64,000 nucleotides of DNA from a virus. Its lineage: Duplodnaviria; Caudoviricetes. The notes beneath the pieces are model-generated. The model saw nothing but the letters and a program-made list of their open reading frames with translations, was not told the DNA's origin and did no database searches. The stretch is from positions 279-64,278 of the IMG/VR virus record IMGVR_UViG_3300033146_000616; one strand, written 5' to 3'. Below are positions 50,448 through 60,091 of the stretch, one piece after another. Every line of letters begins with the position of its first letter. Positions within the stretch are counted from its first letter, which is position 1. Position numbers and translations under genes: made by a program.

Positions 50448-51680
50448 TTATATTTCTTCCATATAATCCCACTTACAACGAGTTAGAACAGTTTGTTTAG
50501 TATCCTTAAAAATATCATGTGATTTAACAGTACCAGTAATTAACAATTTAGTACCAATTTCCATCTCATCAAAATAACCAGTTTTCCAAATGAATACATT
50601 ACCAGCAACATCCAACAAACGAATAATAGTAACAACTCCATAACTCGAATCGAATCTCCAAGCCCTACAAAAACTTAATTCCAAATCTTTCAAACGCTCT
50701 TTGATATCTCCAACAAAAGTAGAAACCTGTTTAGGTGTTTTGACTTGTACTTCTTTCTCCAATTTACGTTTATAAGCACTAACGATTGAACACCCAATTC
50801 CCATATCTTTCGAAGATATAATCTCTTTCTTCACAATAACCGCACAGTTATAAAGATAATCATTCAAGCCTGGATTGCTTAAATCAAATGAGTTCATCCA
50901 TTCGATAGCATCTTTAGCTAGTTTTTTGTCAGAATCATTAATACTCTCAGAAACCTTACGTTCTGATGGAGTATAAAACATCGGATCTTTATCTAACATA
51001 GTTTCAACATGTTCGGCAGTTGAAGCCTCACCAGTATTCCAAACTTCACCTTTTGAAATCCAACCATGTACCCGAATTTCGGCTGAGGTATAAATCAATA
51101 CATCTTCGATTGAATGTTCTAATGTATATGAACCAAATGAACCTAATTCACAACGCTCTATGAATTTACCCAATAAATCAATATAAGTGGCATTACTAAT
51201 AATCAACTCAGGATTATCATCACCTAAAAAATCTTTAACACATGTTGAACCTACTTGAACAGATTCAGAGGTTTGATTATTGAATAACATATATGTATTT
51301 TTACGGAAGCGATTGTGACCACAGTGCTCACAAATAGGAGCTTTAGTTCTAAAATCAACATTTTCAGGATAGTCAGGATTCATTCGAACAGTGTTGTATG
51401 AGATTTCATTTTCAACAACACGAGAATGCTCAAGTGAAGCAACTAAATTCCAACCTGAATAGACTGGTAATTTACCAAAAACTTGTACTTCAACAAAGCG
51501 GATATCCAGTTCGATTTTTTGTTCTGAATTTTCTTGATAAATCTTACGGATTTCATATACGGATTCGTTCACGACAAAAACTGGAGCTTCAAAGCCTAAT
51601 TTCTTAGCTTTACGTTCGATTTTTTTGAATTCAGATTTGAGGATATCTATTTTTTGAGCTGGAACGAAAAATGTTGACAT
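50448..51680 (-). CDS. conserved phage protein with Zn motif and C-terminal OB-like fold
   Basis: CEHC..NR.R, QVGSTCVKDF, WKT, GTVKSH...KQTVLTRC; promoter at 51716-51744. Confidence 0.7.
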   Translation of the reverse strand: MSTFFVPAQKIDILKSEFKKIERKAKKLGFEAPVFVVNESVYEIRKIYQENSEQKIELDIRFVEVQVFGKLPVYSGWNLVASLEHSRVVENEISYNTVRMNPDYPENVDFRTKAPICEHCGHNRFRKNTYMLFNNQTSESVQVGSTCVKDFLGDDNPELIISNATYIDLLGKFIERCELGSFGSYTLEHSIEDVLIYTSAEIRVHGWISKGEVWNTGEASTAEHVETMLDKDPMFYTPSERKVSESINDSDKKLAKDAIEWMNSFDLSNPGLNDYLYNCAVIVKKEIISSKDMGIGCSIVSAYKRKLEKEVQVKTPKQVSTFVGDIKERLKDLELSFCRAWRFDSSYGVVTIIRLLDVAGNVFIWKTGYFDEMEIGTKLLITGTVKSHDIFKDTKQTVLTRCKWDYMEEI

Positions 51681-51756
51681 TTGAACTCCTTTAACGTCTC
51701 TGTTAATGTATAAACATTATAACAAATCAGAGTCCAAATGTCAACCGAATTCTTAC

Positions 51757-52071
51757 TTATTTTTCCATCTCGATAGATTCTAAATCGTCATTGAATGAAT
51801 ACAACATGAATTTGGAATATTCAGGATATTTATCTAACGTAGGACCGATAATCATTGCGGCTCGATTATGTGTTTCAGTCCAGAGAATCGTTCTCCGCAT
51901 ATCTTCTAACTCCAAATACGTGATATACTTGGGAAAATACATAAACATAGCAGAAGTAAATATAACAGTGATGAAGAATCCAGAAAGTAACCCACCTAAC
52001 ACATGCCAAATTTTAATCCTCTCCAATAAATCTTCATCAATCATGCTAAATATTGAACTAAAATTAAACAT
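51757..52071 (-). CDS. membrane protein
   Basis: One TM helix; AAGGA RBS. Confidence 0.6.
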   Translation of the reverse strand: MFNFSSIFSMIDEDLLERIKIWHVLGGLLSGFFITVIFTSAMFMYFPKYITYLELEDMRRTILWTETHNRAAMIIGPTLDKYPEYSKFMLYSFNDDLESIEMEK

Positions 52072-52072
52072 A

Positions 52073-52336
52073 TTATTCCTTCTTCTCTAGCGATATTTCA
52101 ACATATCCAACCAAATCACATACACCAACATATTCAACTCGTTTATTATACACAACATCGGTATTTGGAATATTAAATCCATATGTACCAACAACATCAC
52201 AAATATGAGTTGTGACATTTTCAAAACATTCAACGTCTTCAACAGTCTTACCGATAATTGTTTCGATATAGTAACTATCCCCACATGCTCGACATTTGTA
52301 TCTTGGATGAAATTTTATTTCTTGCATCGTTCCCAA
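52073..52336 (-). CDS. small Cys-containing hypothetical protein
   Basis: YKCRACG...HIC...CDLVG. Confidence 0.6.
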   Translation of the reverse strand: MGTMQEIKFHPRYKCRACGDSYYIETIIGKTVEDVECFENVTTHICDVVGTYGFNIPNTDVVYNKRVEYVGVCDLVGYVEISLEKKE

Positions 52337-53289
52337 CTTTCTTCCACTAATTCAATTAGCAGATCTTCAATTTTTTGTGTTTGTGGTTCATCAGGCAAAT
52401 CAGAGTTCTCCAATGATAATTTTAACTCAGAATCTAAATCACGAGCCATTTCTAAAATATCATCAATATCATATTTGCCCTGCTTAACATCCAAAATCAA
52501 TTCACGTTCCTTTAATGGAAATTGAATTTCTGATGTCTCTAATAATTCTTTGCCTTCACATAATAAACGGATTAGATTAGAAGCAAATTTAGTGTCATAA
52601 CCATGCTTAGAAACAAAGTCATCATAACGTCCTGAGAATTTAGATCTTCTATCTTCTAATTTCCGTAATGCTTGTTTGATTGTTTCGTTCTTCTGAATAC
52701 TGGTATCACCGATTCTAATGTGAATACCAGTATCTTCAATATTTTTAAATATCCCAGATTTTATTAGGAAATTCTTATATTGAACAACATAATTTCTCGA
52801 AGGATCACCCAAAGATTTGAAAAAATCAATACCAGCGATGATATCAGCCATATTATCACGCTTAACAATCATTTTAGATTTCTGAGATAATGAATATCCA
52901 ATGAATTTTTTGTATAAGCCCTTATGAGGAAACAAATGTCGATTCTCTAATAATTTCTTTCCTAATGGACTAGCGAATATAATATTATCTTGATTAATAA
53001 ACAATTGTTCGATGATATTTGGGTTATTATCAGTGGCGAGTTTGATGAACTTTCTCAACTCATAGAATTTACGGTCGACAGCTTCAGGGGCATTTCTACC
53101 ATTTTCTTTCTTGACAACAGTAGAAAAATCCACTTCCGCAATATTAGATAAACCAATATAGTATTCTTTAGGCGCAATGAAAATACCACAAAGATCTAAA
53201 TCGGAGTTTTCAGTATTAGTTCCATAGAGATGTGAGCCAACTCTATATTCAAGAATTTCGTGTTTCAGTGCTAAATTTTTTGAGTTCAT
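52315..53289 (-). CDS. Pol-beta-superfamily nucleotidyltransferase (YcgL/RlaP-like)
   Basis: GSHLYGT....SDLDLCGIF, NPNIIE.LF, GYDTKFA..LIRL. Confidence 0.85.
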   Translation of the reverse strand: MNSKNLALKHEILEYRVGSHLYGTNTENSDLDLCGIFIAPKEYYIGLSNIAEVDFSTVVKKENGRNAPEAVDRKFYELRKFIKLATDNNPNIIEQLFINQDNIIFASPLGKKLLENRHLFPHKGLYKKFIGYSLSQKSKMIVKRDNMADIIAGIDFFKSLGDPSRNYVVQYKNFLIKSGIFKNIEDTGIHIRIGDTSIQKNETIKQALRKLEDRRSKFSGRYDDFVSKHGYDTKFASNLIRLLCEGKELLETSEIQFPLKERELILDVKQGKYDIDDILEMARDLDSELKLSLENSDLPDEPQTQKIEDLLIELVEESWERCKK

Positions 53290-53455
53290 TAGTTTTCCAT
53301 TCTATATTAGCCTTCAATACTTCAGTTCCAGTAGCAAAACAAATAGGTTTAATTAATCGACCTAACCATGTTCGTGTTACTTTCACTCTCTCAGCAGATT
53401 CTGGATGCCACAAATAAGCCGTTTTCTTATTCAAGATGAAGTGTATAAATTTCAT
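53249..53455 (-). CDS. hypothetical protein
   Basis: Coupled ORF that overlaps the next gene by ~40 bp. Confidence 0.45.
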   Translation of the reverse strand: MKFIHFILNKKTAYLWHPESAERVKVTRTWLGRLIKPICFATGTEVLKANIEWKTNELKKFSTETRNS

Positions 53456-53778
53456 TAGATCCTCTTTATAGCGTCCAATGCTATAGTTCGCATATCCTCT
53501 AAATGATTTTGTGTTGCTTTTAATGCTCCTGCTGAACCTGAACCCTCTGATGGCCTAACTCCAGCATCCCATAAATCATCCATTAAAACTTGAGTATCTG
53601 TTCGATTGAGACTAAAAAGTGGTTCAATAATACAACCAGGCTCGACTGATATGATTTCGACAGAATCAATAATCAACATATTATTTGAATCTCTAGGTTT
53701 CTTCATTACCATGATGTCATAACCACCACCCCAAGGTCCTCTTTGAAGTCTAATCTTAAAATCATCTAATTCATTCAT
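53455..53778 (-). CDS. hypothetical protein
   Basis: LMDDLWDAGVRPS...HLEDMR motif; AAGGA RBS. Confidence 0.7.
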   Translation of the reverse strand: MNELDDFKIRLQRGPWGGGYDIMVMKKPRDSNNMLIIDSVEIISVEPGCIIEPLFSLNRTDTQVLMDDLWDAGVRPSEGSGSAGALKATQNHLEDMRTIALDAIKRI

Positions 53779-53787
53779 TTTGATCCT

Positions 53788-54399
53788 TTATTCGATAATG
53801 TTACCTAATGTTCCAATCATTACTTTCGCATGAACTTCTCCAGAAATCACTCGACCATAGATAAACTCTTTATATGGTTTATTAGCAGGGTCTAAAGGAT
53901 TCAAACCAGCATCACTCAATTCTTTTTGAGGAATATCTTTAAGTGGAGTAATCTCTTTTTTCAAATGATTACCCGCTGTAGCTGGTTTAACCATGAAAGA
54001 AATCAAATCTTTTTGATCTAACAACTTTCTAAGGAATCCCCATGAAGCTTTAGAGACTTCAAAATATCCCCGTTGTGGTTCTTGTTTGAAAGTGTTAGCT
54101 AAAGCTTTTTTAGCATCTTTCGAACCATCGGAACAAGTAGCAACACGTTTACGTCCAGCTTTATCTTTATACATCAAAGCGGCAATAACTTTACCATTTT
54201 TCTTAATAATTTTCCAGAAGGGAATGGTTTTGATCATATCTTCTTTAGAGCCAAAACCAGACCCTTTCATTCCACCAACGCCTTCATAAGACTTTTGAAT
54301 CATATCCCAAACTTGCTGGGCGTATTCACGTTTTAGTTCTTCGTCTTTTTGGAATAGGTTAATATATTTTTCGGTCAAGAAGCTTTTAAAATTATCCAT
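53788..54399 (-). CDS. conserved phage protein with capsid-targeting-like leader
   Basis: MDNFKSFLTEKY; VWDMIQKSY..GG. Confidence 0.7.
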   Translation of the reverse strand: MDNFKSFLTEKYINLFQKDEELKREYAQQVWDMIQKSYEGVGGMKGSGFGSKEDMIKTIPFWKIIKKNGKVIAALMYKDKAGRKRVATCSDGSKDAKKALANTFKQEPQRGYFEVSKASWGFLRKLLDQKDLISFMVKPATAGNHLKKEITPLKDIPQKELSDAGLNPLDPANKPYKEFIYGRVISGEVHAKVMIGTLGNIIE

Positions 54400-54413
54400 T
54401 TGAAATACCTTTA

Positions 54414-54980
54414 TTAAATAAAATCGTAACTGATAAAGGTATTTATATGTTTAACAACTTGTTCCATATGCTCAGGCGTGAAAGAATGAGTTCCACCTTC
54501 ATATACAATCTTGAACATACATTTGATTCGGGTTTCATTATCAACTTGATTAACAACTTCATCACCCAATTCGAGAAACAATCCACCATTAAAATGAACT
54601 GATTCGAATCCTACTGGATTAATCGCTCTCAGTTTATCGGTGAAATCAACAGGAACATTTGTTTGGATTGATTCGTCACGATAATTTTTCATTGTTTTGC
54701 CGTTAACGGCTTTCAATGTTTTATAAGGTTCTAATGAAGGGTTAATCATGAAGATAGTTAAAGTTGGGTCAATATGGTATAACACTAAAGCGAAATACGC
54801 ACCGATTGATTTCCCAACAATGTATTTGACATCATTTTCTTTGATAAATTTTGTTAGTCTCTCCACCGTTGAATCGACATTAGAATAATCTAATTGGATA
54901 GTCAACCAATCATCGGAATGGTTAACAGGACCCGAATTAAAGCCGTGTAAAAATAAAGTATTCATAATTAACCCTTTCAT
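54414..54980 (-). CDS. YqiA/UPF0227 alpha/beta hydrolase
   Basis: LHGFNS, GKSIGA nucleophile elbow, INPS, DEV, GGTHSF; promoter at 54989-55017. Confidence 0.88.
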   Translation of the reverse strand: MKGLIMNTLFLHGFNSGPVNHSDDWLTIQLDYSNVDSTVERLTKFIKENDVKYIVGKSIGAYFALVLYHIDPTLTIFMINPSLEPYKTLKAVNGKTMKNYRDESIQTNVPVDFTDKLRAINPVGFESVHFNGGLFLELGDEVVNQVDNETRIKCMFKIVYEGGTHSFTPEHMEQVVKHINTFISYDFI

Positions 54981-55025
54981 CTATAAACAGTATACAATAT
55001 ATTCGTATAGAAGTCAAGAAAAAAA

Positions 55026-55337
55026 TTAAAAATCTGAAGTTGGAGGAGAATAATTAGGTTGGTCTAATTGAATACCCGCTTCTTTCAATTGTTCTTGAAA
55101 TTCTGTTTCTAATAGAGCAGTATCAGCAGAAGTATCAACCAATTTACCTTCTGCTTTCAATTTAGCTTGACGAGCTTTACCCTCTTTGATAATACGAGCA
55201 TGTTCCCTTTTAGCGAAGGCATCTAGGTAACGCCGAGCTTTACGTTTAGTCCAACCTTTTTCCATAACGAATTGGTTAACTAAGTTATTATATCGTTCTT
55301 CTGGTGATTCTTGAGGTGCTTGATTTTCGTCGTTCAT
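55026..55337 (-). CDS. hypothetical protein
   Basis: 103-aa ORF with RBS. Confidence 0.65.
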   Translation of the reverse strand: MNDENQAPQESPEERYNNLVNQFVMEKGWTKRKARRYLDAFAKREHARIIKEGKARQAKLKAEGKLVDTSADTALLETEFQEQLKEAGIQLDQPNYSPPTSDF

Positions 55338-55349
55338 TTTTGAATTCCT

Positions 55350-55913
55350 TTATTTGGTAAAGATGCTTTCATTAAAGTATTTTCTTGATTTATTTATTAT
55401 AAATATATGATTAATATTCTCCGTATATGATTTTTGAAGTTCAAATTTCTGGAGATGTTTCTGAAGAACTTTATTTAATATTTTTTCATATAATCCTAGA
55501 CGTGTTGGTTCAAATTTGATTTTAAGAGGACCAGAATATTTCTTCAAAAATATTACTATTTGGTTTAGTGTAGTAGCAAAAGCTTTTTGAGAAGATTTAC
55601 CTAAACTAAATGTTTGTTTAGCTCCATCACCATCGCTTAAATTCATTAAATGGACTTCTTTCATTCCTTGGACAACCATAAAAATAATTAGAAATTCATC
55701 TTTTTCAGTAAACACAAATCCATTCAAGAAATGATATTTCTTCAAGATATCAGAATATTCTTTAATATCTTGAGCATTAACGATATTAGCTTCAATATAT
55801 CTATCTAAAATTAATTCTCTAATCTTGGATGGCACGACACGTTTAACTTTGGATAAATATTTCAAATCGAAGGATTCATTTAAATTATTTAAGAACTCTC
55901 TGAATTCTTTCAT
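55350..55913 (-). CDS. hypothetical protein with capsid-targeting-like leader
   Basis: Likely start MKEFREFLNNLNES at 55913 (AAGG RBS). Confidence 0.65.
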   Translation of the reverse strand: MKEFREFLNNLNESFDLKYLSKVKRVVPSKIRELILDRYIEANIVNAQDIKEYSDILKKYHFLNGFVFTEKDEFLIIFMVVQGMKEVHLMNLSDGDGAKQTFSLGKSSQKAFATTLNQIVIFLKKYSGPLKIKFEPTRLGLYEKILNKVLQKHLQKFELQKSYTENINHIFIINKSRKYFNESIFTK

Positions 55914-55926
55914 GACAGAAATACCT

Positions 55927-56370
55927 TTATTCGAAAAAATATGTATCGTCGTAACTCTCGGTATAATACTTGATAAACGACTCAGTGCTAACATCTTGAA
56001 AAATTGATTTCATAGAATCTAAAACTTCCTGAGGTACATTATGGACTGAACCAAAATCCCCCTCACAAGTACGGATTTCAAAATCCACTTCGAATCTTTT
56101 AGCAATCTCATAATATGGTATGATAGATTGATTTGTGATAAACGTATTAGCGACAAATACAGATTTACCTTGATTGAGGAAATAAGGAACTTGAGATTGA
56201 CACCAATTGTGAGCGTCACTAGCTAATTCACCATGATAACAATATTCACCATTTATCATATGAAATTGGTCAGCTTCGACAACAACATCATTTAATAAAC
56301 GGGTATTTTCAGCAAAAGTGGATTTCCCTGACCCTGGCAATCCCCTCACGATTAATATACGTTGTTTCAT
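55927..56370 (-). CDS. P-loop (AAA_33-type) nucleotide/polynucleotide kinase
   Basis: RGLPGSGKST, EAD, AH.WCQ, VANTF, HNVP. Confidence 0.88.
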   Translation of the reverse strand: MKQRILIVRGLPGSGKSTFAENTRLLNDVVVEADQFHMINGEYCYHGELASDAHNWCQSQVPYFLNQGKSVFVANTFITNQSIIPYYEIAKRFEVDFEIRTCEGDFGSVHNVPQEVLDSMKSIFQDVSTESFIKYYTESYDDTYFFE

Positions 56371-56381
56371 ATTTTTTCTCC

Positions 56382-56516
56382 TTATTTACAAAAAACCATA
56401 ACACACAAAACATAGCCAGTTATAGCAATAGCTAGAATTCCCAATCCATCCGCAACTGAAGCAACAAACGAATGGGATTTAGTAACATACGATTTAGTAT
56501 TTTTAAAATCTTTCAT
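56382..56516 (-). CDS. small membrane peptide (44 aa)
   Basis: Manual translation: MKDFKNTK...LGILAIAITGYVLCVMVFCK; coupled to the upstream stop. Confidence 0.45.
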   Translation of the reverse strand: MKDFKNTKSYVTKSHSFVASVADGLGILAIAITGYVLCVMVFCK

Positions 56517-56881
56517 TATTTAGCTCCAGCAAAAATGTAAGGTTTATTCCATTTACCAACATTGATATCGGTATACCAACCAATGTCAAAATAATCAGTC
56601 ATAATATCTGAATTATTGTGATTTCCGATCATCATAGCATCATGAACTTCGGTTAGAAATTTCAGAACTTTACCAGACCAATGACTTTCAATCCAGTAGA
56701 CATTAACTGATGTATAAGTTTCATTCTCTTTGAGGTCGAAATCAAACTCACTTGATTTGATATTCAAAACCAAAGTAGAATGGTTATAGACAGCTAAAGA
56801 AGCTTTAACATTATACTTCTTACAGATTGCTTTAATCTTAGGTGCTAATTCTTTTTTGTGATCTTGTGACATATAAGCCAT
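56516..56881 (-). CDS. conserved phage early protein
   Basis: MAYMSQ, NNSDIMTDYFD.GWY, GKWNKPY; promoter at 56932-56960. Confidence 0.75.
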   Translation of the reverse strand: MAYMSQDHKKELAPKIKAICKKYNVKASLAVYNHSTLVLNIKSSEFDFDLKENETYTSVNVYWIESHWSGKVLKFLTEVHDAMMIGNHNNSDIMTDYFDIGWYTDINVGKWNKPYIFAGAK

Positions 56882-56978
56882 AATGATTCTCCTTTGGAAG
56901 TTTTTAAGGTCTTTGTCTCGACTACAAATACATTATATCAAATCCATAAAAGAAAGTCAACTAAAAATCACTTTATTT

Positions 56979-57581
56979 TCAATTTATTTCACTTAATTTC
57001 AAAATACTTCTAATTTCTGTTGGTGTATGGTCAATCAGCAATTCATTATGTCTAATTAGATTTTCGAAGATAAATGGTCTTCCGTTAATTTTCGAATGGA
57101 ATACCCCATCTTTCCCGAAAATTGGTTTCCCTAATTTCACTTCTTTTCCGAGTGTTCCGTTGCCTGGATATCCGTCAGGACATTTATTAGAGCTAATAAG
57201 ATAATAGCTTCCATCTTTTTCTTGGAAAGTAATGGAATCTTGTTCAAATTGGAGACCGAGTTTCACTAAATTTTTCTTTAGTTTTTTATCATCTTTCAAA
57301 TCTACAACGAAATATGAATCTTCTTTAACATTAACAGCGTTTGGTTTCCCATAATTCTCTACATAAGTTCCAGCAATTTTAGTAACCCCATATCCTAATT
57401 GGAGTAATTTTGCTTTTAGGATTGATGAGCGTTTTTTATTATCTTTCAGGGAAAACGCTTCGCCTTCATTACAATCTTTTGCTGAACGGAAAGCTGAGAT
57501 TGTTCCGCAATCGTGTTCTTTGGTTGAATTATAAATCCGGCTGAGTGATGATTCTTTTAGCATCTCATTAAATTTTGACAT
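56979..57581 (-). CDS. conserved phage protein with capsid-targeting-like leader
   Basis: MSKFNEMLKESSLSR, ISAFR, G.Y.E, E.S, FEQDS; promoter at 57612-57640. Confidence 0.7.
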   Translation of the reverse strand: MSKFNEMLKESSLSRIYNSTKEHDCGTISAFRSAKDCNEGEAFSLKDNKKRSSILKAKLLQLGYGVTKIAGTYVENYGKPNAVNVKEDSYFVVDLKDDKKLKKNLVKLGLQFEQDSITFQEKDGSYYLISSNKCPDGYPGNGTLGKEVKLGKPIFGKDGVFHSKINGRPFIFENLIRHNELLIDHTPTEIRSILKLSEIN

Positions 57582-57648
57582 ATTAAACTCCTTATATTAT
57601 CTTCTATTTGTATTATAGCAAAAGCACTTACGAATGTCAAGCAGAATA

Positions 57649-58986
57649 TTACATTTTTAATGATTTTATATCATTAATCCAGATATCATTTATTTCCTGA
57701 TTTTGGATTCGGTGTAGTTCTGTTTGGACTCGTTGTATTTCTTCGAGAATTTTTTGATATTCATCTTTCGTCATTATATAGATTGGTAGCGAAATTATAT
57801 AATTAAATGAATCGTTATATTTTTGGTAATCATTCTCTTTTAGGTACTCTATAATCTCTTTTTTCGTTAAATCTTTAATCTTTAATTTATTCTTAATAAT
57901 TGAGTCTATGAAGCGAGCCTTAGACGTTAATCTACCCATCAAATCTTTCGTCTGCTTGATGTTAAATGATTTTCTATGCTCGTAGTAGGTTAAACGGATA
58001 TCAACGAATGCTCGTAAGATTTCGAGTTCATTTTTAAATTCACGTACCTTGTTAAACTCATCCATACAAGTAAAGTTTTCAGTGACCCGCTTAATCAAAT
58101 GAAACTTCTTCATGATTTGCTCAGTAGTCCTAGTCTTCGTGAAATCCCTTTTAGTCTTAATCTTAAAACGAAAATCATTAGTGCCAGGATCTGAATAATC
58201 AGTAAACGAAACAATCTCACCAGAATCCTCCAGCTTGATTAAATTAGCTGTAAATCTATCTAATGAAACCTTCGGTGGTATCTCAGTGATTTCAAAAGAA
58301 GTGAGATTTTTTTGTTCTAAAACACCTCTTAATTCCCAAGTTGAATTTTCAATATGTTCAACTTTACCTTTGAAACCTTTGAACCAAGGTTTGATTTGTC
58401 TAAGAGGTTTATTATTGATGTATCGGTCAATCTCTTTCTTGATGTCTTTAGAATTTCTGGGTAAGATTTTTTGTGACCAACCAGATCCAATACCATCAGA
58501 ACCATTAACCAAAATCATCGGTAAAATCGGTATGAAATATCTAGGCTCTATAATGTCACCTTCAAATGTTTGTTGAACTAATAAAGGCGTATCTTCTTTA
58601 TGATAAACTTTATCAAAACATTCTGATTTCCGAGTGAATATATATCTAGCTGCCGCCGCTTGTGGAAAACATCTATTACCAAATGAAGACTCAGGATATA
58701 ATACATTCATATTATTGGTTCCAGTGAAATCTTGAACCATATGAACTATAACATCTTGTAAGTTAACTTCACCATGAAGATATTGTGTGAATTCAGAAGT
58801 TTTTGAAGCTAATTGTGAGACTTTAATTGGTTTCTGTATATTATTTTGTTGAACAGTATGTATGATTTTTCGTTGTGATGGTTTCAAACCATCAACATAT
58901 GAAGCGACCATTCTGTATAGATTATACACAGCGAAAACTGGAAATTCATCTTTGAAAAAATCTTGGACTTTAACTTCTTGTTTCAT
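57649..58986 (-). CDS. gp52: type II topoisomerase medium subunit
   Basis: DGLKPSQRK, YLHGE, AAARY (catalytic Tyr), LVNG..GIG.G, ITEIP. Confidence 0.96.
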   Translation of the reverse strand: MKQEVKVQDFFKDEFPVFAVYNLYRMVASYVDGLKPSQRKIIHTVQQNNIQKPIKVSQLASKTSEFTQYLHGEVNLQDVIVHMVQDFTGTNNMNVLYPESSFGNRCFPQAAAARYIFTRKSECFDKVYHKEDTPLLVQQTFEGDIIEPRYFIPILPMILVNGSDGIGSGWSQKILPRNSKDIKKEIDRYINNKPLRQIKPWFKGFKGKVEHIENSTWELRGVLEQKNLTSFEITEIPPKVSLDRFTANLIKLEDSGEIVSFTDYSDPGTNDFRFKIKTKRDFTKTRTTEQIMKKFHLIKRVTENFTCMDEFNKVREFKNELEILRAFVDIRLTYYEHRKSFNIKQTKDLMGRLTSKARFIDSIIKNKLKIKDLTKKEIIEYLKENDYQKYNDSFNYIISLPIYIMTKDEYQKILEEIQRVQTELHRIQNQEINDIWINDIKSLKM

Positions 58987-59044
58987 TTTTAAATCCTTTG
59001 AAAAGCATATTTCATTATAACAACTTTGTTATGAATAGTCGAGT

Positions 59045-60091
59045 TTAATCGAAAAATGATTCCAAGCTTGAGGTGTTTATTTGTGGTGCTTTGGCATCCT
59101 TATCAACAAACACTATTATATCTTCGTCATTATCTAGACCCTCGTGTCTTGTTATATTTTTTAATGTCTCTAATCCAAATATATCAAACCCATTTTCTAA
59201 TGATATATCTCGCATATCATCCAAGAGCTTATAATCTTTCATATTTTTCATATTCAATAAGAAAAATCCATCTTGTACCAAATATTTTCTGATATTCTTA
59301 ACAGTGCCTAACCAATAAGTATTCAACCATTCATCATATGATACACCCTCGGTAAATGATTGTTCACCAATCCGATAATCTTCCTGATTATAATATGGCG
59401 GCGATGAAAATGCGATTCCCATTTTATTTTCGAATTCTGGAACAAATACCTCAGAGCCTTGGGTTTTGATTATTGCTTTCGTCTTTGAATTATTGACTTT
59501 TGTATACATATTATACAATTCATTTAGTCGTTCTGTCAATAAATAATTTGGATCTGTACCAAAATAATTCACTTTCTGTACTAACGAACCTAATAACCTT
59601 GAACCCCATCCACATGAATAATCATAATAATTACCATTTGTGTTATACTTCTCTAATATAGACTTGACCGATTCAATAAAATAATTAGGAGGTTTGACAC
59701 CAAATACAGAACCCGCTAACCTGAAAATAGCATGACAATTAACAATAAGATTTTTATCAGAAAATACATTCTGTTTAGCAACAATTTTACCAACCATTCT
59801 ATCCATCATGATTTTGTTTTTTAATGTACCATCAATAGTGATTTGGGTGTTTAATGTTTTTACTAAACTCATGATGTCATAAAAGAAATATTTCTCTATT
59901 TTAGGAATTGTATTCCTCCCATGATAAATTTCTCTAAGCTGATATTCAACAGAATCAACACTTGGTTTCTGTAGTATATGAAAAACTATATCTTTAATTT
60001 CTTGAGCAGTTAAATCAACATAATAACGATATAGTTTTCCATCAACTATTTTATCAAGTTCTAATCTCTTTTCGAAATCTTTAGTTAACAT
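59045..60091 (-). CDS. amino-DNA methyltransferase (N4-C or N6-A)
   Basis: DYSCGWGSRL (SAM-binding motif I) followed by FSSPPYY (catalytic motif IV). Confidence 0.88.
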   Translation of the reverse strand: MLTKDFEKRLELDKIVDGKLYRYYVDLTAQEIKDIVFHILQKPSVDSVEYQLREIYHGRNTIPKIEKYFFYDIMSLVKTLNTQITIDGTLKNKIMMDRMVGKIVAKQNVFSDKNLIVNCHAIFRLAGSVFGVKPPNYFIESVKSILEKYNTNGNYYDYSCGWGSRLLGSLVQKVNYFGTDPNYLLTERLNELYNMYTKVNNSKTKAIIKTQGSEVFVPEFENKMGIAFSSPPYYNQEDYRIGEQSFTEGVSYDEWLNTYWLGTVKNIRKYLVQDGFFLLNMKNMKDYKLLDDMRDISLENGFDIFGLETLKNITRHEGLDNDEDIIVFVDKDAKAPQINTSSLESFFD

